Shown in pieces: positions 17,846-27,708 of a stretch of 55,367 nucleotides of DNA. Position numbers and translations under genes: made by a program. The notes beneath the pieces were generated by a model that saw only the letters and a list, made by a program, of their open reading frames with translations, was not told the DNA's origin and did no database searches. The stretch comes from a virus. Position 1 is the first letter of the stretch, and the number at the start of each line of letters is the position of its first letter. Location of the stretch: IMG/VR virus record IMGVR_UViG_3300020169_000001. The stretch is one strand, 5' to 3'.

Positions 17846-18982
17846 ATGACAAGTTTAACAGGCGGGAATGCCGCAGACAACGACATCAGAAAACTCATGG
17901 AGCAGATCATAGCTGAGCGTGATGCTAAGTTTGCACCTAAAAAAGAGGGTGGTGAGGCGGCACCTACGGGCGGTATGTTTGATAAACCTGAAGTAAAAGC
18001 TGACGAGGGTGACGTAATAACAGACCTGCTGGGTTACCTTGAGCAGAAGCGTACAGAAGTATTGGACTCGTATCAGTCTAAGGTTATGCGTAGGTCATCT
18101 AAGCCCTTACCTAAACCTGAAGATATAGACGTGTCTAGCTTTCTGTCAGAAGCAGGTTTGTCCTCACAGCCTGAACCGCTGACTTTTACCAGTGATACGG
18201 CTCCTGCGTTAGGTGAGCCAGAGCTTGAGCAGGTAGCTGATACCTCTATTATTGAGCCTTCTAAAAAACCTGCAAAGACTACGTTATCTGAAGGGTTGCT
18301 CTCACGTGAAGACAAACCCGTAGAAGAATTAACAGATGATGAAAAGTTTTTACGAACAGGTAAGCTGCCTAAGGAAGGTCTTATGAGTCCTCCAGCTACA
18401 GATGATGATATGGGTCTTGCCAGTGAAAGTGGTTATGCTTTTATGGCTCCTAATTCCTTATTTAGGACTGCTTTAAAAGAGAAAGAAGCAGGTAGTTACT
18501 CTACTCTATTTGCTAATGCAGAAACCACAAACACACCGTGGAAAGGTACAGATATCACTAACATGAAAATGTCTGACGTTTTAGATCTAGTTAAAGCAAA
18601 TGGCGAGTTTCATAAGCACAACAAAAATAAGCATAATGAAAACACTACCGCTATAGGTAAATACCAGTTTATAGGATCTACCTTAAGAGACTTAAAAAAG
18701 AGGGGTGTATTTGATAAGCTAGGCATTACAGATGACACTCTTTTTGACGCAGCTACTCAAGATTCATTAGCAGCATACCAAGCAATACACAGGCTTAAGG
18801 ATAGAGCTAAAGGTACATTAAGTTCTGCTAGAACAGAAATGCGCAATGAATGGGAGGGCTTCAAAAAGCTTTCTAACTCTGATCTGAATAACATCATCAC
18901 AGAGATTGGCTCTGAGATAGGCGTTGAGTTTTCTGACCGTACAGACCCTATAAGAACATCTAGACCTAAGGCTCGTGATTAA
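17846..18982 (+). CDS. virion protein with lysozyme-like (lambda R / GH104-type lytic transglycosylase-like) domain
   Basis: EKEAGSYS...NTTAIGKYQFIGSTLRDLKKRGVFDKLGITDDTLFDAATQDSLAAYQAIHRLKD parallels lambda R (SEG...STGAGRYQLLSRWWDAYRKQLGLKDFSPKSQDAVALQQIKERGAL), recalled from memory. Confidence 0.55.
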   Translation: MTSLTGGNAADNDIRKLMEQIIAERDAKFAPKKEGGEAAPTGGMFDKPEVKADEGDVITDLLGYLEQKRTEVLDSYQSKVMRRSSKPLPKPEDIDVSSFLSEAGLSSQPEPLTFTSDTAPALGEPELEQVADTSIIEPSKKPAKTTLSEGLLSREDKPVEELTDDEKFLRTGKLPKEGLMSPPATDDDMGLASESGYAFMAPNSLFRTALKEKEAGSYSTLFANAETTNTPWKGTDITNMKMSDVLDLVKANGEFHKHNKNKHNENTTAIGKYQFIGSTLRDLKKRGVFDKLGITDDTLFDAATQDSLAAYQAIHRLKDRAKGTLSSARTEMRNEWEGFKKLSNSDLNNIITEIGSEIGVEFSDRTDPIRTSRPKARD

Positions 18983-19404
18983 TGTTTGGCTTACCCCTAG
19001 AACTTATCACAATGCTGTTCTCTACCGTGTTAGGTGGAGTTATGTCTATGATAGGGCAGAACGCTAAGAACAAAGCAGAGCAACAGAAGCTACTCATTGG
19101 TGGTGTAACTGAAGCACGTAACGCTGGTAAGACTGACAAGCACTTCGCATGGACACGCAGGCTTATTGCTCTATCTGCAATCTTCTCCATTATAGTCTTG
19201 CCAAAGGCAGTGGCTGTATGGTATCCTGAAGTCAGCGTTATCGTAGGCTACACAGAAGTGCAGGGTGGCTTATTCAACTGGATCTTCGGTGGTGACGGTA
19301 CAGTTAAATGGCAGGCTGCTAGAGGCTTCGTTATCACACCCCTAGACACACACATCGTTTCCGCCATTGTAGGTTTATACTTTGGCGCAGGTTTCACTAA
19401 GTAA
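18982..19404 (+). CDS. membrane protein (multi-TM; internal virion or holin-like)
   Basis: 140 aa with several hydrophobic segments. Confidence 0.35.
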   Translation: MFGLPLELITMLFSTVLGGVMSMIGQNAKNKAEQQKLLIGGVTEARNAGKTDKHFAWTRRLIALSAIFSIIVLPKAVAVWYPEVSVIVGYTEVQGGLFNWIFGGDGTVKWQAARGFVITPLDTHIVSAIVGLYFGAGFTK

Positions 19405-19415
19405 GGTATATTATA

Positions 19416-19979
19416 ATGGCTGCAACTACACTCTTTGATGGCCCTATCCCAGGTCAGTCTTTAACAGACGAACCCAAGAACGCTCCATGGGAAAACCCTC
19501 CTATGTATGCAGATCCTATGGATGCTCTTGAGCATTATCTAAAGAAGCTGGGTGACGTAGATGCACAGGGTGAAGTGCTCACTATGCTTGACTTGGGTAT
19601 TCCCGTAAGCGTTGTAGTTGACTCTATGTTATCTAGTGGTGTTATGGATGGCATTCACTCTGTAGATGTAAAGCTACTGCTAAAGCCTCTCATGATTATT
19701 AACCTGACAGCTATCGCTGATGCAGCAGGGCTTGACTATAAGAATACCATGGACGATTACCGTGATAAGGATGCAGAAGCTAAGAAGAAACGCATGGAAA
19801 TTCTTGCTGCTAAACTGCAGGCTAAACTAGCGCAGGGTAAGAAGGCGACACCAAACGATCCCGGTGTAGAAATACAGGAAGATGTAGTAGAAGAACTTAC
19901 TGCAGATGACATGGACACAGAAGAAACAATGACTGAAGAAGCGCCTGCTCCTACAGGTCTCATGGCGAAGGAAGTTTAA
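19416..19979 (+). CDS. hypothetical virion-module protein, acidic C-terminus
   Basis: 187-aa ORF in tight gene packing. Confidence 0.4.
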   Translation: MAATTLFDGPIPGQSLTDEPKNAPWENPPMYADPMDALEHYLKKLGDVDAQGEVLTMLDLGIPVSVVVDSMLSSGVMDGIHSVDVKLLLKPLMIINLTAIADAAGLDYKNTMDDYRDKDAEAKKKRMEILAAKLQAKLAQGKKATPNDPGVEIQEDVVEELTADDMDTEETMTEEAPAPTGLMAKEV

Positions 19980-19981
19980 TC

Positions 19982-22039
19982 ATGGCATGGAGTGCATTTG
20001 CAGCAGGGTTTAGTAAGGGCTTTGGTACAGAGCTTTCTGAAGGTATTAAAGAACGCCGTAAGGAACAAAACAAATACGTAGATAATATGATGGATACAGC
20101 TAAGGCTTGGCAACCCAAGTTCCTTAAAGCTAATGCTGATGTAGACGCTGACCTTGAATTGATGAAGGTTATGAACACTGAGTTCAACATCTCAGAAGCA
20201 GAGTTCGTAGCCCTCGCTCAGAACTACGATATGAATGACATTTATAGTAAGAGCATAGAAGCTAGAGAAGCATTTAAGAAGGTTGGTCTTGACCCTAATG
20301 CTGTTAACCGTGATACTTTACTTACAGGTCTATCTCTGCCAAAAGACTTCTCTCTACCTGAGGGTATGACAGCTACAGATGCTATGCGTCAAATCCACAT
20401 GGGTTATGCAAAGAACTTGGCTGCAGATCCTAGTAACAAGAGTGATGCACACCAGCAAAATTCCTTCGCTAAGGCAGTAGCAGGGGTACTAATGTTAGAC
20501 CCACGTTCTTCTGCTGAGAAGATTGCTAATCAGATGCAGGTGATGGGTACATCTGTAGAAGATCTTAATATGTTTGCTGCACAAGGTGGTGTTAAGGGTA
20601 AGCCTCTCAACAACGTAACACGTACTGGTGCTTTTGTACTGCCTAACACAGACTACACATCTTCATCTTTCAATACCACGCTAAGCAACTCTAGGAGCAG
20701 TCTCTATCGCACTATGCTGGACTTAACTGATCCAGATGCAACAGTGACTGATGCAAATTCAGCAGCCATACGGCTGGCTCTAGGAGACTCTAACAATAAA
20801 AATATTAATCAAACAAACCTAGCTACCTTTATTGAGTCTGGTGCAGGTAAGTTTGGTCAGCTTGAGAAACAGCTTATCAATAAGGGTATGAGTATTGGCT
20901 TCAATACTAGGGGTATGCGTGACATGGCTCTTAGTGCAGTACGTGCTGAGATTAACACAGTAGATGAGTTAAGTAATTTCTCTGAGGCTGTTACGTCAGG
21001 TAAGGCTGTGGAGCTTATCCTAGAGTCTGTAAGAGAAACAGGCGAAGTTACTAGGGAGACTATTGAAGCTATACTTGGTGTGGAAGCCACAGAGGGGGAG
21101 GCTGCTGATCCTGTTGAAACAGGTGAAGATGTAACATCAGAAAACAACAGCCTATCAGATCTAGAAAATCTTCAAAGGGAGATGGAACTTACAGGACCAC
21201 AACCCGCTGAGCCAGCCGTTGTAAAAGGACCGCCTGAATCCGGCAGTACATCAAGTATAGTAAATAACATTATAGGGAGAAACCCTGGATCTCTACCAGA
21301 GTCAGCTACTGCTGGGATTACTAATGATGAACCTGCTGCACCAGAGATTGTTTTAATAGCTAAAAAACTTTCAGTACCTGTAGAAGACGCTTCACCTGTA
21401 GTTAGTACTACTACAGATACGAGTCCTAGAGTTGCACCCTTCATGAAAAGAGCCATGGACCCTGTAGCAGATCTGCTGGAGAAACCTAGTAAAGCACTAG
21501 CTGATAGTATTGAGGGTCCAGTACGTAAGCTTTCTTCAATTATTAAGCAGCCTGCAGAGTCAGCTAACGCCGTTATTACAGAATACATGAAACCCTTAAA
21601 AGATGCTATCTCTGCAGGTAGAAAAGGTGAATCTAGGGATGTTAGCTTAGGTGATTTACTTAGTGATTGGTTTAGCAATACATTTCCTGGTGCTAAGCTC
21701 CCAGCTAATCCTCTAGAAACAGTTGACTTTATTGCAGGTACAATGAGTTCTGACTTTGAAGCTGACCCTACAGGTGATACACCTCCTACAGTACTAGACA
21801 TTGTACCTCGTGAGCAAGCTTTTGAGGTTCTTGTGTATGGTGCAGCAGACACCGTTGCTAAACAGGGCATTAAGTTTCAAGATAAAGACATGGCAAAGCA
21901 GTGGCTTAGAGACTTCCTTGAAAAAGAAGAGGATTTTCTTATTAAGACAGGTCTAGCTAATGAGGAGACAGGTGAGTACCCTAGTGAGAAAACTATAGAT
22001 CTCATGGCAGCTATCCTACACATCGGTTACGGGAGCTAA
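19982..22039 (+). CDS. large internal virion protein
   Basis: 685 aa, within the run of large genes ending the structural arm. Confidence 0.45.
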   Translation: MAWSAFAAGFSKGFGTELSEGIKERRKEQNKYVDNMMDTAKAWQPKFLKANADVDADLELMKVMNTEFNISEAEFVALAQNYDMNDIYSKSIEAREAFKKVGLDPNAVNRDTLLTGLSLPKDFSLPEGMTATDAMRQIHMGYAKNLAADPSNKSDAHQQNSFAKAVAGVLMLDPRSSAEKIANQMQVMGTSVEDLNMFAAQGGVKGKPLNNVTRTGAFVLPNTDYTSSSFNTTLSNSRSSLYRTMLDLTDPDATVTDANSAAIRLALGDSNNKNINQTNLATFIESGAGKFGQLEKQLINKGMSIGFNTRGMRDMALSAVRAEINTVDELSNFSEAVTSGKAVELILESVRETGEVTRETIEAILGVEATEGEAADPVETGEDVTSENNSLSDLENLQREMELTGPQPAEPAVVKGPPESGSTSSIVNNIIGRNPGSLPESATAGITNDEPAAPEIVLIAKKLSVPVEDASPVVSTTTDTSPRVAPFMKRAMDPVADLLEKPSKALADSIEGPVRKLSSIIKQPAESANAVITEYMKPLKDAISAGRKGESRDVSLGDLLSDWFSNTFPGAKLPANPLETVDFIAGTMSSDFEADPTGDTPPTVLDIVPREQAFEVLVYGAADTVAKQGIKFQDKDMAKQWLRDFLEKEEDFLIKTGLANEETGEYPSEKTIDLMAAILHIGYGS

Positions 22040-22041
22040 GA

Positions 22042-25000
22042 ATGGCTGGAACTAAACAGTACTACACAGAGGAAAATATGCGGGGCAAGAAGCTCTCAGA
22101 CTTCGCCTCTGATGTAGACTTCATTGAGGACAGTGTTACCTTCCTTAAGTCTAACCGTAAGGGTTATACAGACGAAGACTTCGCTAATATGAATGGTGAG
22201 GACGTAGTTAACGAGGTGCTAGAACACTTCCGCTGGGCTAATACAAACGAAGTTAGTATGGCTAAAGACTTCAGCTACATCAAGGATGACAAAACACCAG
22301 AAGATCATAAGCAAGCATACGGGCGTCTACTCTTTGCATTTGATAACGCAGATGGTGAAGGTATCTGGGATGACCACGGTAAGGCTGTACGTGATTATGT
22401 AACTGGTGCTGCAACTGCCCCTAGTACTGTGGGTTCTGTTGTTGCAGGTCTGTTTACTGGTGGTACAGGTGCTGCAGCTATTCAGGGCAGTAAGGCTGCT
22501 GCTCAGGTTGCTGTACGTGCTGCTGCTAAGAAGTACCTGAAACGTGCTGCGCTGGGCGGTTTGTTAGATGGCAGTGTAGCTGCTGGATCTCAGCTTGGTC
22601 TAGAGGCTACTAAGGCAGACGCTGGTGATACCATTGAGGAAGAGTATGACATCAACTACAAGAATGTAGCTGCTGCTGGTGCTATCGGTGGTACTCTAGG
22701 TTTTGGTGTTAACGTAGGTGCTGCTGCCTTACAGAAGAGCGGTGCTAATAAGCTTGTAGATACACTTGATAAAGGGCGTCAGGCACAGGCAGATCGTATT
22801 GCAGAGGCTGCAGAGAAGGCTAAGATTAAGCTGGATGTTGTATCTAAGAACAAAGAAAAGAAAGAGCTTGCTGATGAAGTAATTGGCAAGATGCTATTCG
22901 CTATTGATCCTAAGCTTGTCGATGAGGGTATGAAGGCTAAGGTAGACATCCTAAGTGCAGACCTTCCTGATGGACTTATAGCTGGTCTTGACCGTAAGAA
23001 GATACAGATCTTAGGTGCAGCTGCATTTGATCTAGCAGAAGAGCTAAAGATTAAACCAGGTAAAGGTGTTCGTATCACAGAGCAACTTGCTAATATTATG
23101 GAGACTCCAGGTGGTAGCGGTACTGCTAGAGAGATCTTTGATCGTGTACGTAAAGAGTATGGCTTGAGTCCACGTGAGCTGTCAGCTGTCTATGCTGCTG
23201 AAGTATCAGAGGCTGCTAAGATCTTGGTAGGTCAGAAGAACCTAAAGAATAACTTAGGTGGTACAGTTAAGCCTGTTGATGCTGACAAGTTTAAAGCAAA
23301 GCTTGATGCTCTGTATGAGCAGGGTATGTCACGCCTTAGTGGTGAGGATGCCAAGGTTCTAATGGAGGCTCAAGAACAGGGTGGCGGTATTGCAGGCGGA
23401 ACTTATCGTTTTTTGCGGGGGTTTGAAGACTTACGTAGAGCCTTGATGACATCCCAGCCTACCACTACAATGCGTAACAACATCTTTGGTGTTGCTATGG
23501 GTGTGATAGATATGGTTGACCAAGTGAATATCAACCTTGTACGTAAGGTTCGTGGTAAAACGGATACATACGAAGGCTTGCAGGGTGCAGCAGATGTAAT
23601 GGCATATTTGACTAAAGACGCCTACGTTGCAGACGCTGTTACTACAATGTTAACAGACGTTGCCCCTGAGAAGATGGCTAAAGTATTCTACCAAGCAGCA
23701 CAGGCAGAAGCAGGTACTACTGCGGATACAGGATGGGCTAAAGTAGGTGGTTTCTTTAACAAGCTAAACACAGTATCGGATCACGTATTCAAGAAGGCGG
23801 TAGTTGTAGGCTCTATTGATCGTTCACTAAAGCGTCTTAATGATCCTAAGCTAGGCACTAGCGTTATGGATATGCTAGAGAAGGGTACAATAGCTGAGCT
23901 ACCAGATGATATTCTTCGGGATGCACTAGACGAGAGCTTAGAGTTTACCTTCCAGAAACGCTTGGGTGGTAAAGGGTCTAGCGCTGAGAGCAAAGCAGCT
24001 AAAGTTGCAGTAGATCTTATTACTCGTACTGGTCTTACAGCATTGATCCCTTTTCCTCGCTATCTTGCTTCACAGGCAAAACACATTAGCGATTACACAG
24101 GTCTGACTATTGCTAGGCGTTTAGCTACAGGTAGAGATATTGCAGATAAAGAGTTTGCCAAGGCTATGACAGGTGCTGTTGTAGGATTAGGCCACTTGAA
24201 AGTGCAGCAAGCAAATGTAGCTAATGATCGTGACTGGTTTGAGTGGGAGGATGGTAGAACACGTAAGGATGCACAGGCTGCACTTGGCCCACAGGCCTAC
24301 AACGCTTTCATCATGCACCAAGTAGCACGTGCTATGGAGGGTCTACCTACTAAGCTACCTAATACAGCTTTCTCTGAGTGGGATGGTGATACAGACGCCT
24401 TTGTAAAAGATTCTCTTAAGCTGTTGGTTGGTAGTGAGTTCCGCCCTAATAGTGGACTCGTTACTAAAATAAGTAAGGCGTCAAACACAGGCATCTGGAC
24501 GGCTGTATATGAAGAGTTAGGCGATTACTTATCCGCTTTCACTTACCCTGCTGCTGCAGTCAAGGACTTCTATGGTCAGTTTGACCCGCTCTCTACCTAC
24601 TTCCCAGAGACACGTGATGGCTTAATGTCTTACACAAACATGGCAGAGCATGATGTAGAATCTCCTATTAACATGTCGCTGGGTTTGTTCCGCCGTATCA
24701 CACGACAGCTGCCTGACTTTCCTGCAGCAAACAATGGTGAGAAGGGTATGCTTGAGTTCTTCCGTAGCTCTACAGCAGTCAATTACCAATCAAAGTACAA
24801 CCCAGAAGCGGATCGTGCAGGTCTAGGCTACGATGCCCTACGCTTTGATGTGTTTGGTGATGGACCTATTCGTGCCTTAGATCCTCTGCTTAAACAGCTT
24901 ACAGGTTTTGCTAGTAAGCCTATTAAGAATGATTTACAGCGTGAGATTACACGTCTACAGATTGACCCCTTTACTCTGTACAATCCCTACAGAGAGAAGA

Positions 25001-25491
25001 ACACAGCTGTAACTCTTATGACAGAGCAGATCCTACAGGGTAATCTTGCTCTTGTTATCTCTGAGCAAGTGTTGAAAGATCCAGGATATCAAGGCATGTC
25101 TATAGATGAGCAGAAACGCTTCTTGAAAGATATGATAAGTGAAAAGGTATCTATAGCTAAGGAGATGGCTGTAGAAGAGCTTGATGCTATGTACGAGATG
25201 GAGGGTGACTCAGCTGCACTCTTTATGGGATACCAGCGTGGACGTGTTGAGAAGCTTGACAGGAATGAGAAGGCAGATGCTGATCTAGCTTGGCCTCTTA
25301 TGGCTGAACGCTTTGGTTACTCAAGTACTGCTACACTTGATGAGGTTATTGAAGAGATACGAACTACAAATAAGTATAATGACGATCCACAGGAGCGTAT
25401 GGTAAAGGAGACAGACATGATAATGAACTATCTTCATGCAGGTAAGCTATATGGTAAAGAACGCAGAAGAGTAATAAAAGAACTAAACTAA
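22042..25491 (+). CDS. very large internal virion / ejection protein (T7 gp16-sized)
   Basis: 1149 aa, last gene of the plus arm, followed by a terminator. Confidence 0.45.
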   Translation: MAGTKQYYTEENMRGKKLSDFASDVDFIEDSVTFLKSNRKGYTDEDFANMNGEDVVNEVLEHFRWANTNEVSMAKDFSYIKDDKTPEDHKQAYGRLLFAFDNADGEGIWDDHGKAVRDYVTGAATAPSTVGSVVAGLFTGGTGAAAIQGSKAAAQVAVRAAAKKYLKRAALGGLLDGSVAAGSQLGLEATKADAGDTIEEEYDINYKNVAAAGAIGGTLGFGVNVGAAALQKSGANKLVDTLDKGRQAQADRIAEAAEKAKIKLDVVSKNKEKKELADEVIGKMLFAIDPKLVDEGMKAKVDILSADLPDGLIAGLDRKKIQILGAAAFDLAEELKIKPGKGVRITEQLANIMETPGGSGTAREIFDRVRKEYGLSPRELSAVYAAEVSEAAKILVGQKNLKNNLGGTVKPVDADKFKAKLDALYEQGMSRLSGEDAKVLMEAQEQGGGIAGGTYRFLRGFEDLRRALMTSQPTTTMRNNIFGVAMGVIDMVDQVNINLVRKVRGKTDTYEGLQGAADVMAYLTKDAYVADAVTTMLTDVAPEKMAKVFYQAAQAEAGTTADTGWAKVGGFFNKLNTVSDHVFKKAVVVGSIDRSLKRLNDPKLGTSVMDMLEKGTIAELPDDILRDALDESLEFTFQKRLGGKGSSAESKAAKVAVDLITRTGLTALIPFPRYLASQAKHISDYTGLTIARRLATGRDIADKEFAKAMTGAVVGLGHLKVQQANVANDRDWFEWEDGRTRKDAQAALGPQAYNAFIMHQVARAMEGLPTKLPNTAFSEWDGDTDAFVKDSLKLLVGSEFRPNSGLVTKISKASNTGIWTAVYEELGDYLSAFTYPAAAVKDFYGQFDPLSTYFPETRDGLMSYTNMAEHDVESPINMSLGLFRRITRQLPDFPAANNGEKGMLEFFRSSTAVNYQSKYNPEADRAGLGYDALRFDVFGDGPIRALDPLLKQLTGFASKPIKNDLQREITRLQIDPFTLYNPYREKNTAVTLMTEQILQGNLALVISEQVLKDPGYQGMSIDEQKRFLKDMISEKVSIAKEMAVEELDAMYEMEGDSAALFMGYQRGRVEKLDRNEKADADLAWPLMAERFGYSSTATLDEVIEEIRTTNKYNDDPQERMVKETDMIMNYLHAGKLYGKERRRVIKELN

Positions 25492-25499
25492 ACGAGAGA

Positions 25500-25526
25500 G
25501 GGGAGCCACTAAGCTCCCCTTTTTCT
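25500..25526. terminator. rho-independent terminator at the convergence of the two arms
   Basis: GGGGAGC (25500-25506), loop CACTAA, GCTCCCC (25513-25519), then TTTTTCTTT. An A-rich tract upstream gives partial bidirectionality. Confidence 0.8.
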
Positions 25527-25730
25527 TTATTGTACTCCGTGTTTCTTAACACAGTGTCTTGCCCATAGTACCGTAGCTATCAGATGCTCTAGTGCTTTAT
25601 TTCTCTCGTCACTCTGCCATAGATTACTCTTGATATGCTTCTCTAATGCTTCAGCATGTTGGGCTAACTCATCATAGAACTTGATACGTGTACCTTCTAC
25701 GTGTGCTTTCGCTTCTTGTTCTAACTTCAT
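25527..25730 (-). CDS. hypothetical small helical protein
   Basis: 67-aa ORF, last gene of the minus arm. Confidence 0.4.
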   Translation of the reverse strand: MKLEQEAKAHVEGTRIKFYDELAQHAEALEKHIKSNLWQSDERNKALEHLIATVLWARHCVKKHGVQ

Positions 25731-26423
25731 TTAGATGCTTCTTTCTGACTCAAATGTGTATAGGCTCTTTATGATAGTAGTCTTTATATCTTCACAGACA
25801 GAGGCATGTTTACTCATGTTCTCCTCTGCAGGTATGACCTGTAAGTTACCACTCCAATGAGGCCCACCGTCTGCTAGAGGCCACATATGATCTACGTGGT
25901 GTTGTACTCCTGTGGCTTCACTTAGTATTTTACGCAGTTTGTATATCTCTACTAAGCGTTTATTCTCGTGGGGGCATTCACGTAGGTGTACGGGTATTTG
26001 TTTACGCTTTAAGGCTCTGCGTCTTGCTTGTGTAGCAGCGCTCTTTTCCTTGTTAGCTTTGCGCCAAGTTTTCACCTTCGCTCTAACCTTTTCTTTGTTA
26101 GCTGCATGCCAAACTTTTCTCCTAGCAAATATCTTCTCTTTATTAGCTTCACGGTAAGCTTTACTCTTAACAGCTAACTTCTCTTTATTAGCTTCACGGT
26201 AAGTTTTACGGTCAGCTAGTACCTCTTCCTTATTAGCTTCATACCAAGCTTTACGTTGAGCCAGTGCCTCTTCCTTATTAGCTTCATACCAAGCTTTCCT
26301 ACTAGCAGCTATCTTTTCCTTATTAGCTTCACGGTAAGCTTTCCTCTTAGCAGCTATCTCCTCTTTATTAACTTCTCTATAAGCTCTATGGTAAGCAGCC
26401 CTCTCTTCCTTGCTCTGAGCCAT
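25731..26423 (-). CDS. HNH endonuclease with N-terminal 8 x 15-aa tandem repeat array
   Basis: The C-terminus VDHMWPLADGGPHWSGNLQVIPAEENMSKH carries H-N-H. The N-terminus repeats ..RKAYREANKEK... The start is set at ATG 26423, which overlaps the phoH stop as TGATG. Confidence 0.7.
   Translation of the reverse strand: MAQSKEERAAYHRAYREVNKEEIAAKRKAYREANKEKIAASRKAWYEANKEEALAQRKAWYEANKEEVLADRKTYREANKEKLAVKSKAYREANKEKIFARRKVWHAANKEKVRAKVKTWRKANKEKSAATQARRRALKRKQIPVHLRECPHENKRLVEIYKLRKILSEATGVQHHVDHMWPLADGGPHWSGNLQVIPAEENMSKHASVCEDIKTTIIKSLYTFESERSI
26043..26402 (-). repeat. 45-bp coding tandem repeat (8 units) inside the HNH gene
   Basis: TTATTAGCTTCACGGTAAGCTTT-type units are visible on the plus strand. 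Confidence 0.8.
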
Positions 26424-27136
26424 CACAACCCTTCCTTCATAAACACCTTCACCCACTCAGCACAGATACCACTACGCACAATATCATCAACGCCAAACTC
26501 TACTACAGGAACATCAAGCATATACTTCTTAGCGAGATGAATGATCTTAGCTAGACCAGACGTACCCTTTAAGTCAGACTGCTGGATGTCACCATTGAGT
26601 ACAATAGTACTGCCTTCACCCACACGAGTCAACAGCATCTTGATCTCTGGTATGTCGATGTTCTGTGCTTCATCTACAATGATAAACGCATCATCAAAGC
26701 TACGCCCACGCATCAACGCCAGTGTGGCTACTTCAATGTTACCATTCTTTACACCCGTATCAACAGCACCACGGCCTAAGTGTTTCACCAGTACGTCAAG
26801 CACAGGTAGCGCCCACGGTTGTGCCTTCTCTTCTAGTGTACCTGGCAGGAACCCAATGTCTTTACCCACAGCTACGTGAGGACGTGTGATAACAATCTTG
26901 TCAATCTCTTTGAGTGTGTACAAGTCTGCTGCACATGTAGCTGTAACGTAAGTCTTACCAGTACCAGCAGGGCCAAGGATAAGCACTTGCTTGCTGTTAG
27001 CAATAGCAGAGATTAACTTACCTTGGTTCTCTGTCTTAGGTACGATACCAGAGGTAGGCTTGTTAGCTGCACCCTTGTATGTTGTCTTACGCCGTGTTCG
27101 TGTAGGCTTCTCTAAGGGTTCAATGTTGTTCATCAC
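26423..27136 (-). CDS. phoH: PhoH-like ATPase
   Basis: Walker A at LILGPAGTGKTY and the IIVDEAQN box. The length fits PhoH. The start may be ATG 27133. Confidence 0.8.
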   Translation of the reverse strand: MMNNIEPLEKPTRTRRKTTYKGAANKPTSGIVPKTENQGKLISAIANSKQVLILGPAGTGKTYVTATCAADLYTLKEIDKIVITRPHVAVGKDIGFLPGTLEEKAQPWALPVLDVLVKHLGRGAVDTGVKNGNIEVATLALMRGRSFDDAFIIVDEAQNIDIPEIKMLLTRVGEGSTIVLNGDIQQSDLKGTSGLAKIIHLAKKYMLDVPVVEFGVDDIVRSGICAEWVKVFMKEGL

Positions 27137-27333
27137 GCATCCTTTGATACAGCTGTACAGGTATAGGCTATAGTGACTTCATCTTTAAGGATATCTGGAA
27201 GATAGTTATAAAATAGTGTCATAACATCAGCTGCCTCATAAACGCAGTCATCATACGTGTCATATAGGCTAGGTGAGGTACGCACTAAAGGCACCTCACC
27301 CGCCATGTATGCTATAAGCACAAGCACATACAT
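27133..27333 (-). CDS. hypothetical small protein with hydrophobic N-terminus
   Basis: 66-aa ORF, translationally coupled on both sides. Confidence 0.4.
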   Translation of the reverse strand: MYVLVLIAYMAGEVPLVRTSPSLYDTYDDCVYEAADVMTLFYNYLPDILKDEVTIAYTCTAVSKDA

Positions 27334-27467
27334 TATTCTGTCTCTTCAGGGTTAATCTTCTCCTGAATATACTCTACACCCTGTGTAACTTTAGGTTCTG
27401 CATAATCATACGCCTTACCTGCTACATCTGTAGTTACTTCCACGGCTGCTACAGCCAAGAAAAACAT
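27333..27467 (-). CDS. possible 44-aa ORF (MFFLAVAAVEVTTDVAGKAYDY...)
   Basis: It fills an otherwise empty gap, and its stop overlaps the next start as TAATG. There is no clear RBS. Confidence 0.3.
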   Translation of the reverse strand: MFFLAVAAVEVTTDVAGKAYDYAEPKVTQGVEYIQEKINPEETE

Positions 27468-27477
27468 AACAAAAAAC

Positions 27478-27708
27478 TCAATCATCTAAACGTTCCTTCA
27501 GTTGTGTGTAGCCACCGACATGGTGGCCTTCGTTATCCCAGATTTGGGGTACAGTAGTCATACCCGCTTCTTTCATGAGTGTCAATAGCCACTTACTGCT
27601 AGGGGAGCTTAGAGAATAGGCCGTGAAGCCTACCCTCTTTTCTCGTAGCAAGTGCTTTGCTTTAGTGCAATACTTACAGTTATCTATTCCTACCACTGTA
27701 TAGCTCAT
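27478..27708 (-). CDS. glutaredoxin / NrdH-like redoxin
   Basis: 76 aa with the CKYC active-site motif near the N-terminus. It is adjacent to, and overlaps, the RNR gene. Confidence 0.75.
   Translation of the reverse strand: MSYTVVGIDNCKYCTKAKHLLREKRVGFTAYSLSSPSSKWLLTLMKEAGMTTVPQIWDNEGHHVGGYTQLKERLDD

Noticed and set aside
20125-20150. Motif NADVDAD near the N-terminus of the 685-aa protein, reminiscent of the NADFDGD catalytic loop of multisubunit RNA polymerases. This is tempting because the phage has no RNAP gene.
   Set aside because: Only ~50 residues precede it, and the surrounding sequence looks helical, not like a double-psi beta-barrel. No second barrel or other RNAP motifs were seen. 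It is probably coincidence, though HHpred or structure prediction would settle it.
21172-21870. Long (232-aa) antisense ORF inside the 685-aa virion gene
   Set aside because: The whole arm is transcribed rightward. The ORF has no RBS or promoter and an S/A/G-rich shadow composition, while the sense frame is continuous over 685 codons.
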